In this document: one piece after another, positions 1 through 12,169 of the stretch
Position numbering within the stretch: the stretch's first letter is position 1
Layout: every line of letters begins with the position of its first letter
Assembly: GCF_006345805.1 (NCBI RefSeq)
Contig: NC_043004.1
Span: 106,020,001-106,084,000 of the forward strand
Source of the DNA: Octopus sinensis
Taxonomy: Eukaryota
Reading direction: 5' to 3'
Length of the DNA: 64,000 bases
The notes under the pieces: model-generated
The model's input: the letters and a program-made list of their open reading frames with translations, nothing else
Told to the model about the DNA's origin: nothing
Database searches by the model: none
Program-made: the position numbers and the translations under genes

Positions 1-575
1 GTATCAACGCCAAATGATTTTTACCTCAGGAAAATCTCAAAATGTGAATAAATGTGCATTCTTCCATTTAATGTTTGATTTATTATAGAAGAGTAGTATA
101 TTTGATGAAGGTTTCACTACAAAGAAGGAGAAATCTGGACAGAATCATTTATTTTCAAATGGAGAACTTTATTCAGACAATTTGCCAATTTGCACAATAT
201 ATCATTATTAACTAGATAAAAAAAAAAGCTAATCAAAGAACATTACCTGAAAGAGATGTTGCCTTATACTAGGTAATTTCCACAAGATTAACATTATTGA
301 AATAAGTTGATCTAGATTGAAAAGAAAAAAAGATGTTGTGATTCATCTACCAAATTTACTTGATACAGAACTGTCCATTTACCATCTGTTCAGTGTTTAT
401 AGAACCATATGGTAGAACAGAAATTTACAGACATTTGGAACATATCAGAAATAAAAAATTCCTAAACTATTAGCCAAATAGTTTTTGCAGAGATTTAACC
501 AAAAATTTGGCATAGAGCTAAAGAATCAAAATAGAAAATGATAAAAATAACATATAACATAGATTTTTGCTTTAC

Positions 576-592
576 TATTATTATTATTATTA

Positions 593-644
<52 letters not shown>
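576..644. repeat. (ATT)n microsatellite
   Basis: Near-perfect ATT run; explains the poly-Ile in ORF 495-773. Confidence 0.95.
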
Positions 645-1818
645 CTGTTTAATTCTTTTCTTCCATATACTTTCTATCTTCCAAAAGTTTTTTATTAATT
701 TCTGACAAATATTAATTACTCGAAAACAGTTCAAAATATTTTTTTTTCCTACGAGTAAACACAATAAAAGCAATCAATTATTTTTTCAATTAAAACACAC
801 ATTAAAATCTTGTTTTTTTTTTTTTTGAGAGAAAGGGACGAATATAGATACAAAGACTTCCAAGGGAGAGTAAATGAAATGTTGCTTTAGCTATGTCTTC
901 CTAATGAACATTAGCGAGATAATTAATGTGAAAAATTAATTCTATCTAAAAATTAAAATTGTGCTACCAACCTGGTTTGCTGCCAGGAGCTTACCAATAT
1001 TAAATGCCACTTATAAAAGAAGGAAGCAAAATGGTTTCTTAAAATAGATCATTACTACCTTCACCAAGGAGCCAGTTCATATCACTAATACCTTTGAATT
1101 CTGTAGCAGAAGATCTAAAAACATTCAGAACCGTCTAACATCGGTTACAGAGGAGAAACATCTAGAACTGTTGAAAAACAAAATATGTGCAGTTAATTTT
1201 CTCAGTAAAGATGGAATTCATACATAATCCCAAGTGGTTGTATGAACTTCTTTTCAAGAATCATGAGGAAAGAAAAAAAAAACAATATATCTGTAATTGC
1301 TCGAGAAAAAAACTCACACACAAAATATATTGTGAATTTACAACAAGCTCAACAGAGGAGGTAGATTCCTTTCAGTTGGTCCCATTTTAACTGGTTTTAC
1401 AATGATTAACTGAATTAACCATGAATGAGAATCAATTAGCAATCAGGAATTATATAAGAATTACAGAATTTAAACTCTGAATACCATCAGTTCAAACTAG
1501 AGCAAATTCCAAGCCACGTCACTGGTTACACAAGATTTACTTGACTTTTCATTCTCTTCTCTTTCTTCCTCTATCTCTCTCTCTATATTTCTCTCTCACC
1601 CTTCTCACTTTCCTCTTTTTCTTTTTGTTGTTGCTATTGTTGTTGCTTTGGAGGAATTTTCTTTTTATCTTCTGCTAATTTTTACAAGACCAACTTTCTA
1701 GACAGGTATTTTCTCACCAAACAACAAAGTCTGGGATTCTTCAGTTTCTTTGTATGTATAATGTTTTCTGTTTCATTCCTAGAATATTTGTTTTATCAAT
1801 GAATTCATTGTTTTCTTG

Positions 1819-1942
1819 TTAAGTTTTAGGTAGCTGTGGGAGTAGATTAGCTAACCAGTCTCCTGGATCATCCCTCATGCGTTTCATATCTCCCTGAATT
1901 GAAGAGGGATTTAAATAGTCGCCCAAATTCATTTTAGGTTTT
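1819..1942 (-). CDS. Candidate terminal coding exon (KPKMNLGDYLNPSSIQGDMKRMRDDPGDWLANLLPQLPKT*)
   Basis: Unique sequence; acceptor tttctttattacactcaaaactgcag, then 40 open codons to TAA. A competing + reading (1830-1897, GSCGSRLANQSPGSSLMRFISP*) also has a good acceptor. Confidence 0.25.
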
Positions 1943-1989
1943 CTGCAGTTTTGAGTGTAATAAAGAAATAGCTGCAACAACACAACATT

Positions 1990-2108
1990 GTAGGTTACCA
2001 CTGAACACAGCTTTGGTTTGCTGTAGATGGTGAGTGTTTGTTTGTGTTGTAGGTTACCACTGAACACAGCCTTGTTTTGGTGCAGATGGTGAGTGTTTGT
2101 TTTTGTAG
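1990..2108. repeat. 59-bp tandem duplication
   Basis: gtaggttaccactgaacacagc...gatggtgagtgtttgtt starts at 1990 and 2049. Confidence 0.9.
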
Positions 2109-2217
2109 CGAAGAGCAATTGGTTTTTGCTTTTCTCTTTAAATGAGATTTGTTTATGAAGGGAGGTTTTATTCAACCATTACTTCTGATGAATGTTAGAT
2201 TACAGAGAACATTCAAA

Positions 2218-2432
2218 TATTGGTTTCAAATCTTGAAACAATGCCAGCAATTTTGGGAGAAGTGGGGTAAGTTGATTACATTGACCCTGGTGCTCAAATG
2301 GTACTTATTTTATCAACCCTGAAAAGATGAATGGCAAAATTGACCTTGGTGGAATTTGAACTCAGAACACAAAGACAGACGAAATTCCACGAAGCATTTT
2401 GCCCAGCGTGCTAACGATTCTGCCAGCTCACT
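2218..2432 (-). mobile_element. SINE family B (ctggcagaatcgttagc head; tttcatcctttcggggtcgata central domain)
   Basis: Reverse complement of the copies at 4138, 6212 and 33568. Confidence 0.85.
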
Positions 2433-3534
2433 ATTTTACAGCATTCTAATATTATTAGCACTGTCATCACTGCTTGTGCAAAATTACTGGCAGCAAAATC
2501 TTGGAATTCCCTTCAGACATTATTTTAACTGCAGTTAGGGGTTTATTAAATAATTTCAAAGCCAATTGGTAACAGACCTAGGGGTACACCATGAGTGAGA
2601 AAGTCGGATAATATTCATAGCTTCAGTTGATCATGCTTGAGAATCCAGCAAGAAAAGTTTGATTTCAGTTGCTTCTGATAAAAGCTCCATTGAGGAGGTA
2701 CCTGAAGACTCTACTCTCAAACCTTCCTAGGAATAGTGTGCAGCAAAAATGGGTGGAAGGCCAGAATAGGAAGTGTAAAATACAAATGAGAAGTATCACC
2801 TGTTTTATTCCACCATGCGAGAAGTATTACAAAAGGAAAACTAGACAAGACATGAGGGAGACTAACTTAGTGATACAGCACCCAACATTATTATGGAAAA
2901 CAATTTTATCCTTATCTCTAATCTAAAAACAGAGTTTCTATTGATAGAAACTACTGCATTGTGACACAATCCTTCAAACTATTTCCTGTTCAAATCTTCT
3001 GTCAATAGATTTTAGTAGATTTTGGTCAACCTCCACCAATACATATATAGTTACTGTGTAAGTTGTAATATCCCTTTGCTGAAAGGCCTCAAATATACCA
3101 ATATTCACTTCAGTGTCCCCATGCAAAAGTCCGCTCGGCTTCATATCTCTTAATAGTTATGTGACTACAGGCTGTGTAGCAGTTTCCTACTAATTTTGCA
3201 TTAGTTCCCTGTCATTATACACCAAACGTAGTACTATTTCACACAACAAATTACATGTAGCCATCCACTAAGTTGATGCTAAAATGTATATTATCTCCCA
3301 AACCTCAAGGAGTTTAAAGGATCCGTTCTTACTTCTATTTTTTGGAGTGAGGCAGATAATGTATGCATTGTCTCTGGATAGGACACTGATATATTTCATA
3401 CAATATCCTCAAAGGATCTAGTTCTTACTCGCATGTGTTCAGTAAACTTAGTTACAAAGTATGGCATTTGCTGCCCAACTACATCAAAAAGCTAATAAGG
3501 AATTTGACTCAAGGCTTGGTATTTTGTTTCTAGG

Positions 3535-3860
3535 CACATGGCTCAGTGGTTAGAGTGTCAGGCTCACAATCATGAGGTAGTGAGTTTGATTCCCAGACCA
3601 GACTGTCTGCTTTGTTCTTGGACAAGACACTTTGTTTCATGTTGCTCGAGTTCACTCAGCTGTAGAAATGAGTTGTGTTGTCACTGGTGCCAAGTTGTAT
3701 TGATCAGCCTTTGCCTTTCCCTTGGATGACATCAGTGGTATGCATGGGCGACTGCTGGTCTTCCATAAATGACCTTGCCCAGACTTATGCCTCAGAGGGT
3801 AACTTTCTAGGTGCAATCCCATGGTCACCCATGACCGAAGGGGGTCCTTGCCCTTTATTT
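3535..3860 (+). mobile_element. SINE family C (tRNA-like head, CORE-like domain)
   Basis: A-box-like tggctcagtgg, B-box-like gtttgattccc, then ttgttcttggacaagacactt; paralogues at 10397, 24626, 27608 and 29422. Confidence 0.8.
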
Positions 3861-4137
3861 AGTAGAAACATACTTTAAAGAACAGCCAATCAGTATTAAC
3901 TCTGATAGTTTTTAATTTTTCTCTTTTAGATAAATAATTAATTGGTAAATAAGCTCGGGCTGATGAAAGAAAAAATACATAAATATTTTAGTGAGAACAG
4001 TGACAGAAGAAACTCAAGAGAGTTCTACTTTCTTGCTGACTCTGATGAAAGTTGGCTTAAAAATATTCAAATATATTCTTCATTGTGAGTTCATCAATAT
4101 TCAGACATTGATTTCATTATATAACACTTTCTAAGCA

Positions 4138-4352
4138 GGGAACTGGCAGAAACGTTAACATGCCAGGCAAAATGCTTAGTAGCATTTCGTCTGTCTTTAC
4201 ATTCTGAGATCAAATTCTGCCGAGGTTGACTGTGCCTTTCATTCTTTCAGGGTCGATAGATTAAGGACCATCTGTGTATTGGGGTTGATCTAATCAACTG
4301 GCCCCCTCCCTAAAAGTTTTGGGCCTTATACGTAGAGTAGAAAAGAATATCT
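4138..4352 (+). mobile_element. SINE family B
   Basis: ctggcagaaacgttaacatgccaggc...ctttcattctttcagggtcgata...gagtagaaaagaat. Confidence 0.88.
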
Positions 4353-4422
4353 AACACTTTCAAAGTGACAACTTGTTTGATATTTAGACCTTCAGTTATT
4401 CTATACACAGTATTATTCTATC

Positions 4423-4812
4423 TTTTATCTTTTACTTGTTTCAGTCATTAGACTGTGGCCATGCTGGGGCACCACCGCGAAGAATTTTTAATCAATTCAA
4501 TTGACCCTAGTACTTATTTGTTTGTTAAACCTGGTACTTATTCTATCAGTCTCTTAGGCTGAACTGCTAAGTTACAGGGACATAAACACACCAACACTGG
4601 TTGTCAAGTAGTGATGGGGGACAAACACAGACACAAAGACAGACGCACACACACACAAACACATACACATATGACAGGCTTCTTTCAGTTTCCATGTAAT
4701 AAATTCACTCTCAAGACTTTGATTGGCCCAAAGCTATAGTAGAAGACACTTGTCCACTATGGGACTGAACTGAGAACCATGTGGTTTGGAAGCAAGCTTC
4801 TTACCACACACT
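4423..4812 (-). mobile_element. SINE family A (OR-like tRNA-derived)
   Basis: Reverse complement of the 7636 copy (ttttacttgtttcagtcatt...gggactgaac...ttaccacaca). Confidence 0.88.
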
Positions 4813-6211
4813 CACATGCTAACATTACTATGAATGAGACTCACTTCTAAATCCCACATCTACAACACTACAGAGATGGTGAAACTATGATTAATTCATC
4901 TTAAATATATGAAAAAACATAAGAGATATATAATACAGAAAAGACCATAAGATTAAATTCTTTCCAAAATTTAATTTACTTCTGTGTTATGAGTCCAAAT
5001 TATACTGGTGTCAAATTAATTTCCAGCCACATGGTAGGGATGAAATAAATGCCAGTTATATTAAATTAACCCCAATGGGTTAATTTAATTGTTGTTTCCA
5101 CTTGTTCGACAACAGTGGCATTTAGTCTAAATAAACTAGTACCACTCTTTGTTTCTATGCATTGCCTGACATTTTTATTCAGTTTATTTCAAATCTCAAT
5201 ATGCAAATGAGGTATTTATAACAAAGAACTGACAGTTGTTTTACTTGCTTCTCAACTGTTACAACTTTGCACCTTGCTAGATATCTGCAGCAGCCTTTGT
5301 CTGAACCTACAAAAGTATTTACAGGTGTGCAATATCAATGGCTACCCAAGTACCCAGGTGTCTACACGGTACCATGTAAGTAAAAAAGATATTGCATCAG
5401 TCCCAAGACTGCATGCTTCAGATGCTTGATCAATGGAACTACTTACTTATAGAACTATAGTGAATCTGGTTGAATATTCCACAGAGACTTATACTCTTAA
5501 CATAATCCACAAACTGAAACAGTGTCTCGAAACATATGACAAGTCTAGCACTTTGAATAACAGGTACAGACCATCCAAGGGGGCTTCCTTAGTCTCTATT
5601 TAAACAATTAGCTCACATGGCTTGGATTGACACAAGACTGTTAGAAGACACCAAGCCAAGGTAAGACTGCGAGATCAAATGTGGGGCCCCATGATTGTAA
5701 AGCAAACTTCTTAACTATTCATCTGTGTCTGCATCCAAACTGGTTTATGTACCTCAGTGCTTACAACATAAACTAGTCATATTCTTTGCTATTGTAAACC
5801 TCAAATTAGCCATGTATGGCAAACATTATAATCAAGTATCCTGAAATTTAAATAAAAAGCTAGCTCAGTCTCCAGGTATATCCACATAAACTATGCAGTA
5901 GCCCAGGCATACACAGTTTATAAACCAACCAAATACCACAGATGTGAACAACTGATAAACTAGCCATACACCTGCCAATAAAATAACCAGTCAGGCAAAT
6001 TATTGAGATAAAAGAGTAAAGAATTTCAGTGTATTTCAAGGTTCATTTCATATTCACTCAGGTGTTCACTGGACACATAAATGACTTGTTCACATTAAGG
6101 TTCCGATGACTGTGTGGGATGATAATATATGTGTGTATGTATGTATATGTAGGTTATGTGTGACTGTTGAATGTTGAATGTATGTGTGTGTCAGTATATA
6201 GGTATGTGAAG

Positions 6212-6424
6212 GTGGCAAGCTGGCAGAAACATTAGCACACCAGGTGAAATGCTTAGCAGTATGTCGTCTGTCTTTAAATTCTGAGTTCAAATTCCACCAA
6301 GGTCGACTTTGCCTTTCATTCTTTCGGGGTCGATAAATCAAATACCAGTTGTGTACTAGGGTTGATTTAATTGACTGGACCCCTCCCCAAAAATTTCGAG
6401 CCTTGTGCCTAGAGTAGAAAAGAA
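6212..6424 (+). mobile_element. SINE family B
   Basis: ggtggcaagctggcagaaacattagc...gagttcaaattcc...agagtagaaaagaat. Confidence 0.9.
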
Positions 6425-6894
6425 TATGTAGGTATGTGGATACATGTCTGTATTGTATGATGATAGTATAAGTCATATGTGTGTGAAATGAGTTTGTGTG
6501 TTCACACATTTGTAAGCATGTGTGTATGTGTATATGTGACTAAATATATGGCATATTTTCACATATTATATGTACTAAATATATGGCATACTTTATATAT
6601 TATATATGAATGCTTTGTGAATAATTTTATACGTCTGTTTCTCACACATAAACATGTATGTGTGTGTATGTGTGTGCGTGAGTGTATGTGTTTATATGTA
6701 TACGCACACACATGCTTATACACAGTTTTTACAGCTTTTGTAAATAAAAGAGGAAGGTAGTTTTTAATAAATGTAAGAGATTTTTGTTTTTTTTACATGT
6801 GCACTCACACATACATAATTATAGATATATATGGATATGTATAAGGCCACCTCAGTTGAAGAGGTCTTTTTAGTCTTGCGAATTACAGACGTCC

Positions 6895-7082
6895 CTAGTG
6901 CTGGTGCCACAAAGAAAAAATAAAAGCCTCCAGTACACTCTATAAAGTAATTGGCATTAGGAAGGGCATCCAGCCATAGAAACCATACGGAAGCAGACAC
7001 TGGAGCATGATGTAGTCCTCCATCCTCCATGGATCTTGTCATGGAAGATAGGTATCAAATGATGATGATGATGATGATGATA
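6895..7082 (+). mobile_element. Short SINE with RTE-like 3' end and (GAT)n tail
   Basis: ttggcattaggaagggcatccagcc...aaatgatgatgat. Confidence 0.8.
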
Positions 7083-7289
7083 TACAGATCACATACACAG
7101 AATACATGAGTATATGAGAAAGGAACTTCAGATGTTGGGCCTAACATCTGAGGGAATGACAGGGAACCAAGACGTCTGGCAGTTTGCTGTGCTTGAGAAG
7201 ACATGTCAAGCTAAGTAAATACATGGTCGTCCTTGCATACAGCCATGTCCCTTGCATCTTTCTTTAGCTGAGTGTACCTAATCTTGTGG

Positions 7290-7548
7290 GCTCATGGGTG
7301 CCGGTTCCATGTAAAAAGCCCCCATACTGGTACTGCGTAAAAGCATCCATGCTTGTACTATGTAGATGCACCCAGTACACTCTGTAAAGGGGTTGGCATT
7401 AGGAAGGGCATTCAGCCACAGGAACCATGTCAAAACAGACAAGGGAGCCTGGACAGATTCTTCAGGAGGCCTGCTGCTCTCAAACCCTCCAACCCATGCC
7501 AGCATGGAAAACAGACACTAAACAATGATGATGATGATGATGATGATA
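7290..7548 (+). mobile_element. Short SINE with RTE-like 3' end and (GAT)n tail
   Basis: ggttggcattaggaagggcattcagcc...aacccatgccagcatggaaaacagacactaaacaatgatgat. Confidence 0.85.
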
Positions 7549-7635
7549 TATTATGTGTGTGTGTGTGTATGTCAGTGGTGACTCCAGCACTCAGACCGTT
7601 CGGGCTTAGCCCAAGTATAAATTTAGTAAAGTGAA

Positions 7636-7802
7636 GGCGCAGGAGTGGCTGTGTGGTAAGTAGCTTGTTTACCAACCACATGGTTCCGGGTTCAGTCCCA
7701 CTGCGTGGCACCTTGGGCAAGTTTCTTCTACTATAGCCTCGGGCCAACCAAAGCAGTGGATTTGGTAGATGGAAACTGAAAGAAGCCCTATGTATATATG
7801 TG

Positions 7803-7836
<34 letters not shown>

Positions 7837-8043
7837 GCGTGTCTGTGTTTGTCCCCCTAGCATTGCTTGACAACCGATGCTGGTGTGTTTATGTCCCCGT
7901 TACTTAGTGGTTCGGCAAAAGAGACCAATAGAATAAGTATTGGGCTTACAAAAAGAATAAGTCCCGGGGTTGAGTTGCTCGATTAAAAGGCGGTGCTCCA
8001 GCATGGCCGCGGTCAGATGACTGAAACAAGTAAAAGAGTAAAA
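7636..8043 (+). mobile_element. SINE family A, full length
   Basis: ggcgcaggagtggctgtgtgg (A-box), ggttcagtccc (B-box), ccttgggcaag CORE-like segment, internal (TA/TG)n, tail ending gactgaaacaagtaaaagag. Confidence 0.92.
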
Positions 8044-8204
8044 GAGAGTGTATTTGCAAGCTGGTTTAATTTCTGCCAACACTGATTTCAATTATGTAAT
8101 TGCAGCCAATAACTCAGGCTCCTTTTATAGAACCTAATCACAGTTTATTTATTCTCATTCAACATCTGACAGTCATCTTAGAAGTACTCTGTGTCTTAAA
8201 ATAT

Positions 8205-8300
8205 CATTCGTAGCGGACGTTCTCTCAACATCATTCACACACGCCTGACTCGGGCTCAGAAGTTACAGCCCGAGCTGTTATCGATAATCGTGAAAATTAA
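8205..8300. promoter_or_regulatory. Possible promoter/regulatory patch
   Basis: Unique, locally CpG-rich; TATCGATA (DRE-type motif) at 8279-8286; 8-bp stem CTCGGGCT/AGCCCGAG at 8249-8274. Confidence 0.25.
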
Positions 8301-8677
8301 AAGTAATTCAAATTTAGCGTTTTCTTGAAGCAATAAATTTCTATAGAGATTAAGAATTAAATTCCAATCTATGAAAAGTTTCCACTCTAAGATATTCTTA
8401 AAGAAACGAAAAATTATCCAGCAACTCGTGCTAATATGAAGAAGCTTGATAGGTGTAAAAGACTAACTGGCATCTTTTGTCCAAGAGTATAGGTGACAGT
8501 CAGATTACTGATGTTTGTTGTGCACTCTGCTGTCATTATTCTGTGTGTCTGTGTGTAAAGATCAGTTGTGTTTTGCAGGATCGCTTTATTTTTTACTCTT
8601 AACTTTGAAATGGAGAAAGACATAGTGCTGGATATATATATATATAGAGAGAGAGAGCTGTATGTCATGTAAAAAGC

Positions 8678-8855
8678 ACTGATGCTGGTACCATATAAAA
8701 AAGTACCCAGTACATCCTAATGTAAAGTGGTTGGCATTAGGAAGGGCTTCCAGCTATAGAAACCAAACCAAAACAAATGACTGGAGCCTGATGCATCCCT
8801 CTGCCTCGCCAGCTCCTGTAAACGGACATTAAACGATGATGATGATGATGATGAG
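8678..8855 (+). mobile_element. Short RTE-tailed SINE
   Basis: gtggttggcattaggaagggcttccagc...ggacattaaacgatgatgat. Confidence 0.82.
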
Positions 8856-9074
8856 ACACATAAATATTTAAGTGCATACACACACATATACACTCACACA
8901 CACACACATACACACGCACACACATATATGTAATTCATCCTACTCCCACACACAGAAATATGTTCGTTCATATCTGATGCAATATAAAGTTGTTTATTCT
9001 AGAATCATTAATTCACTCCACCCACCGTCACCACCCATCTGTTACCCACTACACCTCAGTGGCCAATACTTCTA

Positions 9075-9075
9075 C

Positions 9076-9158
<83 letters not shown>

Positions 9159-9472
9159 GCACACACACACTTACTTCTGTCCCATCACACCTTTCCCTTC
9201 ACCTCTGACACCTTTCTAACTTTTCTCAGTTTATTTATTATTCCATGTGTAAAGACACGTGCCACAATAACACCTCTCTTTCCCTCCCCTTCTCTCTTTC
9301 CTTCCCCTTCTCTCTTTCCCTCCTCTTTTCTCTTTCTTTCTCACTCAGGTATTTCTTCTTTCTCTACTTTCCTGCACTTTTTTTCCACAATTCACTCTCA
9401 CTCCCTCTCCTCCTCCTACACTTTCTCAGGCTTTTTTTTCCAAGCTTTCACTCTCTAACACTCTTTCTTTTA

Positions 9473-9525
<53 letters not shown>
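9075..9525. repeat. (CA)n array followed by CT-rich polypyrimidine tract and (CT)n
   Basis: Direct reading; explains the HT and SL repeat ORFs. Confidence 0.9.
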
Positions 9526-9526
<1 letters not shown>

Positions 9527-10244
9527 GCTATGTGCATTCTCCCTATCCCTCATCTTCCCATTCTTCTTATGCCTCCACACACTCCCTCTCCTCCGCACTG
9601 TCTATCTCATACACACACACACACACATACAAACAAACAAACACACACACACACACATGCTATACACTCTTCCTTTAGCCAATGAAGGCAGCCTGCTAAA
9701 CAGTTTATTGACCTGCAAAAAATAGCAACTAAATCTCCTTGAAATCACACCCTAACTTCTTTAAAAAAAAAAAAAGAACGCATTACATAATATATCCTGG
9801 AATGCATTTGTTGTGGGCGTTGGTGGAGCTGATCCAAACTGGGGCTTAGAGAATTACAACTTTATTTTTATGTATTCCTTATCTCTCTAAACTCTCTCTT
9901 CCTCTCTCTCTCTCAAACACTCTTTTGCTTGTGATATATATATATATATAAATATATATGGCAAACCATCCAACCCATCCCAGCATGGAAATTGGACATT
10001 AAATGATGATGATGATGATGATGTTGACATACATGCATACACACATACAGACAGACAGAGATAAGTAGATAGATAAATAGATAGATAGACAGATAGATAA
10101 CGAGCGTCCGACGAACAGGGAATGTAAAACTCTGAGTTCTGTGATAATTTTGCAGCTTTAATAAAAAGTACATTACCTTTGGTATTCGGGTACTATTCTA
10201 ACCACCTTTTGCACTTCTTATGTGCTCACCTGTGTGTGTATAAT

Positions 10245-10275
<31 letters not shown>

Positions 10276-10396
10276 ATGATATATATATAATGATAAATCT
10301 CAGAGCGAGTTATAAGCAGTAGCGGTAACACATCGGGTTAGCCATATTCAAATGGCCAATATGCGTCACTATATATATATATATATATATATATGA

Positions 10397-10690
10397 AGGC
10401 GTTTGGCTTAGTGGTTAGGGTATTTAGCTCATGATCGTAAGGTTGTGATTTCAATTCCTGGCAACACATTGTGTCCTTGAGCAAGACACTTTATCTCACA
10501 TTGCTCCAGTCCACTCAGCTGGCAAAAATAGGTTGTGCCCCTAATTTAAAGAGCCAGACTTGTCATATTCTGTGTCACAGTGAATCTCCCTGAGAGCTAC
10601 ATTAAGGGGACACGTATTTATGGAGTGCTCAGTCACTTGTACATTAATTTCATGATCAGCCTGTTCTATTACTCAGGTCATCACCAAACC
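10397..10690 (+). mobile_element. SINE family C
   Basis: ggcgtttggcttagtggttagggt...ttcaattcctgg...ttgtgtccttgagcaagacac...gttgctccagtccactcagctgg. Confidence 0.85.
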
Positions 10691-10747
10691 AACAGATTGC
10701 CAGTTATCCAGTTTATATACACATATATATATATAAATGTATATATA

Positions 10748-10779
<32 letters not shown>

Positions 10780-10799
10780 CGATTAACATCAATGGAAAT

Positions 10800-11142
10800 T
10801 GCAGCTGTGATACCAGTGCCGGTGGTACGTAAAAGAACCATCCGAACGTGGCCGTTGCCAGCACCGCCCCAACTGGCCTCGTGCCGGTGGCACGTAAAAA
10901 GCACCATCCGATTGTGGCCGTTTGCCAGCCTCGTCTGGCACTTGTGCCGGTGGCATGTAAAAGCACCCACTACACTCACAGAGTGGTTGGCGATAGGAAG
11001 GGCATCCAGCCGTAGAAACATTGCCAGATCGGACTGGGCCTGGTGCAGCCTTCTGGCTTCCCAGACCGCAGTTGAACTGTCCAACCCATGCCAGCATGGA
11101 AAGCGGATGCTAAACGATGATGATGATGATGATGATGATGAT
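10800..11142 (+). mobile_element. RTE-tailed SINE with 3 internal ~65-bp GC-rich units
   Basis: gtgccggtggcacgtaaaaagcacc-like core near 10816, 10881 and 10944; (GAT)n tail. Confidence 0.88.
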
Positions 11143-11186
11143 ATATATCTTATGTTGTGAATGTGTGTGTGTGTGTGTGCATGTGT

Positions 11187-11217
<31 letters not shown>

Positions 11218-11622
11218 TATATGTATGTTTATGTATCTCTTTTTCAAGCTTCCTTGATGTGAAATCAGGTGTTGTAACAGATACTATTATTTTTCGGGGA
11301 TGGTCATTTTCTTTTTTACATTTTTCTTGCCAAATAAACACATGCCCCATATATTCGTTCTTCACTTGTTTTTTTATTGTTATTTTATGTCTATTGTCTG
11401 GAAATTTTTTGTCATGCACCTGTGACCTCTTCAGCAACTCTCCCTGCCATGTGTATCTTCCTGTTCTCTTAAGTCCAATAGGCTAAACAGAGATCAGAGA
11501 TGCATGGAAAAGATTTCCAGACAATGGACATAACATAAGAACAATAATAAATAAGTGGCGAACGAATATATAGTGTGTGTGTTTATTTGACAAGAAAATA
11601 AAAAATGACCGCCCAGAAATAT

Positions 11623-11662
<40 letters not shown>

Positions 11663-12169
11663 TATCCTCTCCTCTGATGTATATCATATCCCTGTCTGTC
11701 TGTCTCTCTCCTTAATATATCATCTATCGAGTCTAATATATATATCATACATCATTCTCTTTTTTCTCTCTCTCTTTCTCTCTTTCTTTCTTTCTCTCTC
11801 TTCCTCTCTCTCTTCTCTAAAACATATCATCTCTCTCTCCTCTTATATACATTATCTCTCTCACCTCTAATATAAGTATATCTCTTCTCTAATATACTTA
11901 CTCTCTTTCACTCTCTCTCAGTCGCTCTCTCTCTCTCTCTCTCTCGCCCTCCCATCCTTTCTCACTTCCACCACTTTGCTTATCTCTGCAGTATGTTGAT
12001 CATGATGCTGCTAATGGTTATGAAGTCTGTGATACACAAATAAGCCTTGCCTGCCATGCTGCACCCACCCACCCTCTCTCTCTCTCTCTCTCTCTCTCTC
12101 AAAAAACCTGCACGCACACCAAGCTAGAATCATGGAATGGTGGGGGGAGACTAAGACTGTCGTGTAGTG

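Noticed and set aside
1-500. Possible transposase remnant (codon-like stretches, W...PKL motif)
   Set aside because: No collinear diagnostic motifs could be established; multiple stops.
2184-2222. CTGATGA followed by an AATGTT/AACATT stem
   Set aside because: Followed by CAAA rather than GAAA; no helix I or III.
2669-2926. 85-aa + ORF and alternative exon reading VASDKSSIEEVPEDSTLKPS*
   Set aside because: No recognisable homology or partner exon; length expected by chance.
7636-7710. tRNA-like A/B boxes (also in all family A and C heads)
   Set aside because: No acceptor stem or cloverleaf; they continue into SINE bodies, so they are not tRNA genes.
8414-8668. 84-aa minus ORF and + ATG at ~8436
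   Set aside because: The minus ORF starts in a microsatellite; the + ORF stops after 18 codons.
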